Assembly (NCBI GenBank): GCA_016191875.1
Contig: JACPVG010000029.1
Span: 272,237-336,236 of the forward strand
DNA: 64,000 nucleotides
Direction: 5' to 3'
From: Chloroflexota bacterium
GTDB lineage: Bacteria > Chloroflexota > Anaerolineae > Anaerolineales > UBA11579
Both the position numbers and the translations under genes were made by a program. Positions 54,434-62,585 of this stretch are shown here, in pieces (within the stretch, counting starts at the first letter, position 1; every line of letters starts with the position of its first letter). Below the pieces are notes generated by a model. The model saw only the letters and a list, made by a program, of their open reading frames with translations, was not told the DNA's origin and searched no databases.

Positions 54434-55339
54434 ATGTTGGATCTAATCATCATTGGCGGCGGCCCGGCTGGCCTCACCGCGGCAATCTATGCCATCCGCA
54501 AGCGGCTGAAGGTCATGCTGGTGAGCAAGGACCTGGGCGGTAAGACCAATTTCCGCCTGGAACTCCCGTGGGTGGAAGATTACCAGGTGATTCGGGGACT
54601 GGAAGTGGTGACGAAATTCCGGAACGAACTTGAATACCTTGAGTTCGCCCACCACCTGGATGGGGTCGAAAGTGTCGAAAAGAGGGAAGACAACTTCGTT
54701 GTTCGCACACGCGCGGGTGAGCAACTCAAGGCGCGGGCGTTGCTGGTCGCCTCCGGCACGCGCCAACTCTGGCTGGATGTGCCCGGTGAGCGCGAGTATG
54801 TCTCGCGCGGTCTTTGCTATTCAGCGCTCAGCTACGCGCCGCTGTTCATTGACAAGACCACGGTGGTAATCGGCGAAGGCGAGTTGGCGTTGCGCTCGGC
54901 GGCGGAGCTGGCTACAGTTGCCCAACGCGTCCATCTGGTAGGGCCGGACAAGGCGGTGCTCGATTCCGATCTGGGCAGGAAACTGCGCAGGACAAAGAAC
55001 GTCTCGATCCTCGAAAATCATCGCGTCACCGAGGTGCTCGGCAATGGTTATGCGGACCGGGTTATCGTGAAAGGCCCGGACGGCAAGCTCAAGGAAATTA
55101 AAGCGGATGGTACGTTTGTGGAACGACGACTGCTGCCGAACACCGAGTTCGTGAAGGGTCTGGTGGATCTGGACGCGAACGGCCACATCATGATTGACAG
55201 CCTGAACCGGACCAGCGCCCCCGGCATCTTTGCGGCCGGCGACGTCACGAACATCTTTGCCGAACAGGTGCTGGTGGCGATCGGCGAGGGGGCTAAGGCT
55301 GCCCTGAGCGCTTACGACTATCTGTTGCCCAACCTGTAA
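54434..55339 (+). CDS. Thioredoxin-reductase/AhpF-like FAD flavoprotein lacking the redox-active CxxC
   Basis: IIIGGGPAGLTAAIYA and GIFAAGDV. The position of the TrxR CATC / AhpF CPHC reads GLCYSALSYAPLF, with no second Cys. Confidence 0.8.
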   Translation: MLDLIIIGGGPAGLTAAIYAIRKRLKVMLVSKDLGGKTNFRLELPWVEDYQVIRGLEVVTKFRNELEYLEFAHHLDGVESVEKREDNFVVRTRAGEQLKARALLVASGTRQLWLDVPGEREYVSRGLCYSALSYAPLFIDKTTVVIGEGELALRSAAELATVAQRVHLVGPDKAVLDSDLGRKLRRTKNVSILENHRVTEVLGNGYADRVIVKGPDGKLKEIKADGTFVERRLLPNTEFVKGLVDLDANGHIMIDSLNRTSAPGIFAAGDVTNIFAEQVLVAIGEGAKAALSAYDYLLPNL

Positions 55340-55392
55340 TGGCTATCCGCGGCGGGAGGGTGCAAGCGACTCCTGCCGCGGACAAGTGAGGT

Positions 55393-56886
55393 GTGAATAT
55401 GCCAGGTCTTACGCCCGGTAGAAGATGGCAGCCGGCGTTTTATCCGTTCAAGCGCGAGCCGGCGGGGAAGCGGTTGCTGGCAGCGATTGAGCGCGCCGTC
55501 AAAGGCCCGCTGTTTGGCTGCCGGATGTGCGGGAACTGCCTACTGCAAGAGACGGCGTTCATCTGTCCGATGGAATGCCCCAAAGGCTCCCGCAACGGGC
55601 CGTGCGGCGGCTCGACCCCGGAGCGCTGCTATGTGGATCCCAGCCGGCCGTGCATGTGGTACAAGATCTACGAGCGCGCCTCGCTACTGCATCGCGAGGA
55701 ATTGCTGCTGGAAGTGCTGCCGCCGCTGGACTGGGACCGCGTGGGCACCGAGACATGGGGGGATGTCTTTGGCCAGGTGCGAAAAGTGGGAGCAGGGCGC
55801 GTGGCGCGCGGACTGACCTCGCGTGACGCGGTGCGGCGCACGCTGGTGTGGGACGCGGTCTTCCGTCCAGTACGCCAGCCGGAGTGGTGGCAGGGCGATG
55901 CCGTCTACCATGCACCGGGATATGGTGAGCCGGTCTCCGAGCTGGAGCGCCGGCTGCGCGGCGGGGAATTCGTGGTCACGGCCGAAGTGGCGCCGCCAAT
56001 GAGCGTCTCGACCAACTTGCTGTGCAAAAACGTGGAAATGGTGGGCGATTATGTCGCCGCCATCAACTTCACGGACAACGCCTCTGCCACGCCGCGCATG
56101 TCCAGCCTGGCATGCAGCAAAATCGCCATCGAGCATGGTTTTGAGCCGGTGCTGCAGATCGCGGCTCGTGATCGCACCCGCATGGGACTGCAATCCGAAG
56201 TCATCGGGGCGGCCGCGCTGGGCGTCAGGAACATCCTGTGCCTTTCGGGCGACAGCGCCCGCATGGGGCCGCCGCCCATCGGTCGCTCGGACGTCCTCGA
56301 TATCGATTCCGTGCAGACGCTGTGGATCCTGCGGCGCATGCGGGATGAAGGCAAGTACCTGGATGGGCGCGAGATTAAATACCCGCCGCAGTATTTTCTG
56401 GGCGCGGCAGCTTCCCCGTATGCTTCGCGGCCGGATTTTCAGGCCATCCGCGAGCACAAGAAGATCAATGCCGGGGCGCAGTTCTTCCAGACGAATCTGG
56501 TCTTCGACCTGGGCGGATTCGAGGAATGGATGAACGCCCTCGCCAAAAGAAATATTCTGGATAAGGTCTTCATCCTGGCCGGCATCACGCCCCTCAAGAC
56601 GCTCAAGATGGCCGAATACATGCACGAGTCCGTGCCGGGCGTGACCGTTCCGGCAGCGCTGCGCAGGCGGTTGGCTGAGGCGGGGGATGCGGCTGAAGAC
56701 GTTGGGGTCGAGATCGCTCTGGAAATCATCGAAGGCGTCCGGAAATTCAAAGAGATCAGCGGCATCCACATTATGGCGGTGGGTTGGGAGAAGATCATCC
56801 CGCGACTTGTCGAGTTGGCAGGCATCAAACCGCCTCGGCCCACCTCGCCGGAAAACCCGCCTGAACCGAAATTGGTCCCGGCCTGA
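55393..56886 (+). CDS. metF: Methylenetetrahydrofolate reductase with fused N-terminal MetV-type Cys-rich domain (MetV-MetF)
   Basis: N-terminal CRMCGNCLLQETAFICPMECPKGSRNGPCGG (MTHFR_C/MetV-like). Then MetF barrel motifs VTAEVAPP, AINFTDN and ILCLSGD. The start is GTG 55393 or ATG 55399. Confidence 0.85.
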   Translation: MNMPGLTPGRRWQPAFYPFKREPAGKRLLAAIERAVKGPLFGCRMCGNCLLQETAFICPMECPKGSRNGPCGGSTPERCYVDPSRPCMWYKIYERASLLHREELLLEVLPPLDWDRVGTETWGDVFGQVRKVGAGRVARGLTSRDAVRRTLVWDAVFRPVRQPEWWQGDAVYHAPGYGEPVSELERRLRGGEFVVTAEVAPPMSVSTNLLCKNVEMVGDYVAAINFTDNASATPRMSSLACSKIAIEHGFEPVLQIAARDRTRMGLQSEVIGAAALGVRNILCLSGDSARMGPPPIGRSDVLDIDSVQTLWILRRMRDEGKYLDGREIKYPPQYFLGAAASPYASRPDFQAIREHKKINAGAQFFQTNLVFDLGGFEEWMNALAKRNILDKVFILAGITPLKTLKMAEYMHESVPGVTVPAALRRRLAEAGDAAEDVGVEIALEIIEGVRKFKEISGIHIMAVGWEKIIPRLVELAGIKPPRPTSPENPPEPKLVPA

Positions 56887-56909
56887 CATCTCCGGCCAAG
56901 GAGAAATCA

Positions 56910-57698
56910 ATGAAGATCGCTATCACCGGAAAAGGCGGAGTCGGAAAGACGACCCTGGCCGCATTGCTGGCACAAGCCTACGCGGAGGCAGGGCGGGCGG
57001 TGCTGGCGGTGGACGCCGACCCGGCGCCGTGCCTGGCGGATGCGCTGGGCATCCCGCCGGCACTGCGCAGTGGCCTGACACCCATAGCAGAGATGGGGGA
57101 ATTGATTGAGGAGCGAACTGGCGCGAAGCCCGGTACAGTTGGGGGTTTCTTCACCCTCAACCCGCGTGTGGATGATATCCCTGAGGAATTCAGCATCATG
57201 CATCGCGGCGTCAGATTGCTTGAGATGGGGGCGGTGAAGACCGGCAGCTCGGGTTGCATCTGCCCGGAGAGCGCACTGCTCAAAGCGTTGTTCACGCACT
57301 TGCTCTTTCGCCAGGATGATGTCTTGATCCTGGATATGTACGCCGGCGTGGAACATCTGGGCCGCGCTACGGCGGATTTCGTGGACGCCATGCTGGTGGT
57401 GGCGGAGCCCACCCGCCGTAGTCTGGGCACGGCGGCGCAGATACGCACCCTGGCCGAGGATATCGGTCTGAACCGTCTGTGGCTGGTCGGGAACAAAGTT
57501 TCCTCAGTTGAACAGGCGGCGTTCCTGGAGGCGGAGTCGCCGGGCATCCCGCTGCTGGGCTGGCTGCCGGAGGATGGCGGGGTGCTCACCGCCGACCTGG
57601 CGGCAGAGCCGGTCTACGACCATGTGCCCGTGTTGCGGGAGGGCGCGCTGCGGCTGGCCGCCGCGCTCGACAGAATCACGGTGGAGCAGCCGACATGA
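56910..57698 (+). CDS. cooC: CooC-type nickel-insertion ATPase (paralog 1)
   Basis: MKIAITGKGGVGKTT P-loop. CxC motif GCICPE. Confidence 0.85.
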   Translation: MKIAITGKGGVGKTTLAALLAQAYAEAGRAVLAVDADPAPCLADALGIPPALRSGLTPIAEMGELIEERTGAKPGTVGGFFTLNPRVDDIPEEFSIMHRGVRLLEMGAVKTGSSGCICPESALLKALFTHLLFRQDDVLILDMYAGVEHLGRATADFVDAMLVVAEPTRRSLGTAAQIRTLAEDIGLNRLWLVGNKVSSVEQAAFLEAESPGIPLLGWLPEDGGVLTADLAAEPVYDHVPVLREGALRLAAALDRITVEQPT

Positions 57699-58489
57699 CC
57701 ACGACGATTGCGCTGGCCGGAAAGGGCGGGGTGGGCAAGACGACCGTCGCGGCGATGGTCATCAAGTATCTGGCGTTGAACAAGCAGGGAGCGGTGCTGG
57801 CAATCGACGCCGACCCCAGCAGCAACCTGAACATGGTTTTGGGGCTGGAGTTGGGTTGGACGGTGGGCGACATTCGCGAGGACATGCTGACAAAGGTGAA
57901 GGAATCGCTGAAGGTCGGGGGCGCCGCCATGGGGGCGATGCGGGGCGGGATGAGCAAGCGCGATCACCTGACGTACGAGGTGCAGGCTGCTCTGGCGGAA
58001 AGCCCGCGCGTTGACCTGATCGCCATGGGGCGTTCGGAAGGGCCGGGCTGCTACTGCGCGGTCAACCACAACCTGCGCGAAGTCGTGGACGGCATCAGCA
58101 ATTCTTACGAATACGTGGTGATCGATAATGAGGCCGGTATGGAACACCTCAGCCGCCGCACCACCCGCAACGTGCAGCATCTGCTGATCGTCTCCGATCC
58201 GACCCAGCGCGGGCTGGCGGCGGCGGAGCGCATCGCCGGCTTTCGGCACGAGCTGGATATCGAAATCGAAAACGCTTACCTGATCCTCAATCGAGTGTCG
58301 GGCCATGCTCCAACGGAACTATTGGAACGTATTGGGAAGATGGATATCGAATTCCTCGGGGGAATCCCTGAAGATGCAGAGATCGGGGAGTACGACCTCG
58401 GCGGGATACCCCTCGTGGATCTGAGCGAAGACTCGACCACCTATCGGGCGGTGGCTGCCATGATGGCGAGGGTTATCCTGGAGGAATAA
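57695..58489 (+). CDS. cooC: CooC/AcsF-type nickel-insertion ATPase (paralog 2)
   Basis: IALAGKGGVGKTT and CxC motif GCYCAV. ATGA overlap with paralog 1. Confidence 0.85.
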   Translation: MTTTIALAGKGGVGKTTVAAMVIKYLALNKQGAVLAIDADPSSNLNMVLGLELGWTVGDIREDMLTKVKESLKVGGAAMGAMRGGMSKRDHLTYEVQAALAESPRVDLIAMGRSEGPGCYCAVNHNLREVVDGISNSYEYVVIDNEAGMEHLSRRTTRNVQHLLIVSDPTQRGLAAAERIAGFRHELDIEIENAYLILNRVSGHAPTELLERIGKMDIEFLGGIPEDAEIGEYDLGGIPLVDLSEDSTTYRAVAAMMARVILEE

Positions 58490-58617
58490 GGAGCATCGGC
58501 AGGTGCTCTATAGCGGCCGAGCAGTTCTCAGGCGCCCGGGGGTCATCCGCTGGGCCAGCGCTCCTGCCAGCATCGGGGTCGGGTTATTCCTGTCTCGGAA
58601 AACATCGACTGGCTGGG

Positions 58618-58623
58618 TATAAT
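58618..58623 (+). promoter_or_regulatory. Candidate -10 box (TATAAT) upstream of the large regulator
   Basis: Exact TATAAT ~95 nt upstream of ATG 58720. Confidence 0.3.
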
Positions 58624-58719
58624 TCGCAAAATCATCCGAGGGTGTGGCGCTTTCTCCTGGCCCTGGCTATGTCCCGCGGACAACTTCCTTTTCAAGGCCA
58701 TAAGTCTTCTTTGCCCTTC

Positions 58720-61700
58720 ATGCCTATCAAACTTTCCCGGACGCAGATACCGACTCAGCGAGCCCGAATCCTCAAGCGAGTTCGGCTTCTGGATCTGCTC
58801 CATGAACATGTGCACCGCCGTCTGATATTTGTGTGTGCGCCGGCCGGCTACGGCAAAACCACGCTGTTGCAGAGTTTCATCGCGGACGTTGAGATGGTCG
58901 TGTGCTGGTATCAGATCGGCCCCGAAGACGACCACCTTTCCCTTTTCCTTGAATACCTGATTCGGGTTATTGAAAACAGTTACCCCCGATTCAGGGAATG
59001 CTTTCCGGAGATCGGCCCCGCCAAGCCCGATCTGACGCCCGACGCAGCCGCGGCGCAGTTCATTAATGCGGTCATCGAGTGTGTGGACAACTACACACTT
59101 TTGGTACTGGATGACTATCATCTGGTCAGCCAGCAGCCTGCTATTGTCCAGTTCATGGAGTCGCTCCTGGCCGCCCTGCCCGAACAATTGCGGCTGGTGG
59201 TGAGCAGCCGCAGCGTATACGGTATTCCAACTGCGCATCTGTTCATTCATCAAGAGATCGCGATCCTGGCGGCTGAAGATCTGAAGTTCAAGTCTCAGGA
59301 AGTGCGCGATCTCTCCCGGCACTCGTTCCATCGTGCGTTATCCCAGATCGAAGTGGATGCCATAACCCGCACCACGGACGGCTGGCCACTGGCCACCATG
59401 CTGGTGCTTCAAGACGAGATCGCGACGACCCAGCCGCTGCGCCTGATGAGCGCCCAGGAACAGGTCTTTGAGTATTTCCGGGATGAACTGCTTGGACAGC
59501 TGGATGCGGAGCTTGTCAGGTTCTTAACGGTGACTTCTCTGGTGGATGAGTTCACTTTGGAGCAGGCTGGTTACCTCCTGAACAAATCCGACATCCAAGG
59601 TTACGTGCGGCAATTATTCGACCGGAATCTTTTCATCGCCCAGCGGGATAATCAGGAGCGGGACAGCTACTCCTACCATCAGCTTTTCCGCGAATTTCTG
59701 CTCGAACAATTCACTTTGCTCGAGCGCGGCACGCAGCAGCGCTACCATGCCCGGGCGGCTGAATGGTTTGAGCGGACGGGCGCTACGGCAGCCGCCATTC
59801 AGCATTGGTTTGCAGCCGGCGCGGTTGAAATTGCAGCCGAGTTGATCAACCGCTCGGCGAAGTGGGCGTATACATCCGGCCGGCAGGACCTGCTTGATGA
59901 ATGGCATCGCCGCTTAGCGAGCGTGCCGCAAACGCTTCATCTGGCGCCCGACCTTCTTCTCAATCGCGCCAAGAGCCTGATCAACAGAGGCCAGCATGAA
60001 GAAGCGCTGCCGCTGTTGGATGTCGCCGAGCCGGTCTTTGTGGAAAAACAAGACTACGAGAACCTGTGCAACCTGCTGGTCACGCGCGGCATGCTGCAGC
60101 GTTTCATGGGAGAGTATCAGGTCGGGCTGGATCTGGCCTTGAAGGCGAAGGAGTTGGCGGGTAAGCACGATGTTTCCGTCTATCATGCGCTTCAGGCCGA
60201 GCGGCTGGAAGGCATCACCAATCACTATCTTGGCCATATCGATCTAGCCTTGGAGCGATTGAGTTCGTCGGCGGCCGGGCTGCGAACGCTCCTACAAGGC
60301 GAGTCCGGCGACCGCACAGTTCATGAGCTAATCGCCGCGTTGACGGACATCGGCTACATTTGCATCACGAACGGCCGCATCCAGCAGGCGGAGAGCGCAT
60401 ACCTCGAAGCGCTGCAACTGAGCGCACAGGTTCACGGCAATCGCGGCGACCAGGCAGTATGCGGCAACAACGCCGCCTATTTGCATTATATCAAAGGCGA
60501 CTACGCCCGGGCCTGGGAGCTTTACGAGCAGGCCCTACAGGCGGCGCGCGAAAGCGGCTGGCGGGCCTTCCTGGTTGACGTTCTGAACGGCCAGGGTGAC
60601 CTGTTGCGCGACATCGGCGAACAGGATCGGGCAGCCGAGAAATATGCAGAGGCCCAGGCGCAGGCCGGCTCAGAGCCTGCGGGCACGTCTAGCATGGATA
60701 CCCATCTCGGCCTGGCTGAATTGGAACGCTTGCAGGCGAACTACGCCCAGGCGCAATGGCATGTGCGCGAGGCTGCCCGATTGGGTAAATCGTCCTTGGA
60801 GACCCGGCCGCTACGGGTGCAGAACGCGGCAATCTATCTTGCCATGGGTCATCCGGAGCTGGTTCTGGAGATCCTAAAGCCTGAGCATGAAAACACCTAC
60901 GAGACTTTCCAGCCGGATCAGAAGGCTGCGGCTGCGTATTTCCTTCTGGCGATTGCCCAACAGCGCACGGACCAAGCCCAAGACGATATCAGGGCCAGCC
61001 TGAAGCGCGCTCTGGAAATCACGGCCCGGCTCGGATATGATGCGTTCTTTGTGGGGTGGCTGCGGGAATTCGGCGCCGAGGTTCGGCCGCTCGAAGCGGG
61101 GATGAATTCCCCCCAATTGCGGTCATTGCTGGCTCGGGCTGACGAACCGCTCGTGGTTGAGAGCATACTTGGAAGGCCGAAGCAGGAGACTGCTGAGGTC
61201 ATTCCCAGCCGGATCGAGGCGCGCGGGCTGGGTCGGGCGGAGGTGCGCGTGAACGGTGAACGACTGACAGCATCAAGCTGGCAGTCGCTCGGAGCGCGCA
61301 GCCTGTTCTTCTACATTCTGGAGCATCAGCCGGTTGGGAAGGACCAAATCGCGTTGACCTTCTGGCCCGACTTCAGCCCGGGGAAGGTGAACAGCAACTT
61401 CCACGCCACGCTCTGGCGGGTGCGGAATGCGCTGGGAAACCCTCAGGCGATCCATTTTGATGAGCAGGGATATGCACTCCATCCAGCGCATTCGCTCTAT
61501 TACGATGTCGCAGAGTTTGAGCAGGCGATACAGGGCCTGGGCGGACTGGATAAGGGTTCGGCGGGCTGGCGGAACCTGGCCGAACAGGCGATAAACCTGT
61601 ATACGGGCGATTTTCTGCCAGAGATCGACGTGGAGTGGGTCCTTGAGCGCGCGCGCCAACTGCGTCAGAAGTTCCTGGTGACACTTACAGACCTGGCCGA

Positions 61701-61932
61701 CTTCCAAAGGGCTGCCGATCGTCCCAGCCAGGCGCTGGAGCTTTTCAGCCGCGCGGCCGAGATTGATCCTTATGAAGACCAGTGGCGGCTGGGGGTCCTG
61801 CGCAGCTATGTGGGCCTGAACCAGCGCCAGGCGGCCCGCAATTACTTTCAGGCGTACAAGCAGTTGTTGGCCGACGAACTGGGCGTTGAGCCCGGCGGCG
61901 AACTGACCGCGTTTTCGCGTACACTCGACTGA
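58720..61932 (+). CDS. Large STAND-class regulator: MalT-like NTPase + TPR region + C-terminal OmpR-type wHTH/BTAD (SARP) module
   Basis: Walker A VCAPAGYGKTTLLQ and Walker B LLVLDDYHLV (MalT-like). TPR-like repeats in the middle. C-terminal RIEARGLGRAEVRVNG...WRVRNALG...LYTGDFLPE...YEDQWRLGVLRSY...AYKQLLADELGVEP is a SARP signature. Start at ATG 58720 (track 58642). Confidence 0.8.
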   Translation: MPIKLSRTQIPTQRARILKRVRLLDLLHEHVHRRLIFVCAPAGYGKTTLLQSFIADVEMVVCWYQIGPEDDHLSLFLEYLIRVIENSYPRFRECFPEIGPAKPDLTPDAAAAQFINAVIECVDNYTLLVLDDYHLVSQQPAIVQFMESLLAALPEQLRLVVSSRSVYGIPTAHLFIHQEIAILAAEDLKFKSQEVRDLSRHSFHRALSQIEVDAITRTTDGWPLATMLVLQDEIATTQPLRLMSAQEQVFEYFRDELLGQLDAELVRFLTVTSLVDEFTLEQAGYLLNKSDIQGYVRQLFDRNLFIAQRDNQERDSYSYHQLFREFLLEQFTLLERGTQQRYHARAAEWFERTGATAAAIQHWFAAGAVEIAAELINRSAKWAYTSGRQDLLDEWHRRLASVPQTLHLAPDLLLNRAKSLINRGQHEEALPLLDVAEPVFVEKQDYENLCNLLVTRGMLQRFMGEYQVGLDLALKAKELAGKHDVSVYHALQAERLEGITNHYLGHIDLALERLSSSAAGLRTLLQGESGDRTVHELIAALTDIGYICITNGRIQQAESAYLEALQLSAQVHGNRGDQAVCGNNAAYLHYIKGDYARAWELYEQALQAARESGWRAFLVDVLNGQGDLLRDIGEQDRAAEKYAEAQAQAGSEPAGTSSMDTHLGLAELERLQANYAQAQWHVREAARLGKSSLETRPLRVQNAAIYLAMGHPELVLEILKPEHENTYETFQPDQKAAAAYFLLAIAQQRTDQAQDDIRASLKRALEITARLGYDAFFVGWLREFGAEVRPLEAGMNSPQLRSLLARADEPLVVESILGRPKQETAEVIPSRIEARGLGRAEVRVNGERLTASSWQSLGARSLFFYILEHQPVGKDQIALTFWPDFSPGKVNSNFHATLWRVRNALGNPQAIHFDEQGYALHPAHSLYYDVAEFEQAIQGLGGLDKGSAGWRNLAEQAINLYTGDFLPEIDVEWVLERARQLRQKFLVTLTDLADFQRAADRPSQALELFSRAAEIDPYEDQWRLGVLRSYVGLNQRQAARNYFQAYKQLLADELGVEPGGELTAFSRTLD

Positions 61933-61973
61933 CATTCCCCGATACAGATCATCAAAACCCGCGCTTGAAAACC

Positions 61974-62003
61974 AAGCGGCTTCATCGTGAGGCCGCTTTT
62001 TTG
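61974..62003 (+). terminator. Rho-independent terminator (AAGCGGC-N11-GCCGCTT, then TTTTT)
   Basis: Read directly ~40 nt after the regulator stop. Confidence 0.55.
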
Positions 62004-62021
62004 TTCATAGTGGCGTTCATA
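62003..62021 (+). repeat. Direct heptamer repeat GTTCATA-N5-GTTCATA (12-nt period)
   Basis: Read directly. It ends 10 nt upstream of a -10-like TATCTT (62032-62037) and 55 nt upstream of small ORF 62077. Confidence 0.5.
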
Positions 62022-62076
62022 AGCTGTCGGGTATCTTAAACACAGTTCAACCACCAAGCACCCCAGGAGAATGATC

Positions 62077-62238
62077 ATGTCGAACACGATTAAGACCCAC
62101 GTAACCCGCCTGTTGCTCGATCCGCAAGCCCGGCGTGTGGCCCAGTTTGTCTTGCTGCTGGCGCTGGTGGCCGCCAGCCTGATGCTGACCGGCACGGCCT
62201 ATGCCGACGGGCCCTCACCCGGTCCGGTGGGAGGGTAG
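62077..62238 (+). CDS. 53-aa signal- or anchor-bearing peptide (not in the ORF track, under 60 aa)
   Basis: My translation: MSNTIKTHVTRLLLDPQARRVAQFVLLLALVAASLMLTGTAYADGPSPGPVGG*. AGGAGA lies 6 nt upstream. RR + hydrophobic core + AYA|D resembles a Tat/Sec signal leaving a 10-aa tail. Confidence 0.4.
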   Translation: MSNTIKTHVTRLLLDPQARRVAQFVLLLALVAASLMLTGTAYADGPSPGPVGG

Positions 62239-62247
62239 AGGCGGCCT

Positions 62248-62493
62248 ATGGTTCCCGGGGTTCTTTCCGCCGACCTGGCGGAAATCCACGCCATCGCGAC
62301 TCGGGCGATCATTGATGAGGAGTTTCAGGCGGCAGTCCTCAACGGCCACCGCCGGGAGCGGCTACAAGAGTTTCACCTCTCTGAGCCAGTTGCCCAGAAG
62401 ATTATGGCGATTCGGGCTGTTACCCTTCAGGACTTTATCCGCCACTTGAGCGTGATGACAGGCACGCATGGCGACCGTTTCGGAAAACGCTGA
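62248..62493 (+). CDS. 81-aa helical protein, NHLP/Nif11-leader-like pattern (tentative)
   Basis: AIIDEEFQAAVLNGHRRERLQEFHLSEP recalls the DEEF..ALL motif of nitrile-hydratase-type leader peptides (memory only). It is in the same reading frame as the 53-aa ORF, separated only by TAG 62236-62238. Confidence 0.5.
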   Translation: MVPGVLSADLAEIHAIATRAIIDEEFQAAVLNGHRRERLQEFHLSEPVAQKIMAIRAVTLQDFIRHLSVMTGTHGDRFGKR

Positions 62494-62585
62494 TTGACTG
62501 TGGCTGGTCGGCACTACTATAGGAGGAGAGGGCGCAGGTAGACTCTCTCCTCTTTGTGCTGCCCTACTCCGCGCGCGGGCGAAAC

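Noticed and set aside
55684-56910. 408-aa minus-strand ORF
   Set aside because: It is antisense to metV-metF, and the sense-strand homology is strong.
62236-62238. In-frame TAG as a pyrrolysine codon
   Set aside because: No pylTSBCD or methylamine methyltransferase genes are in the window and there is no PYLIS-like context that I can recognise. A nonsense mutation, a genuine stop or an error is more parsimonious.
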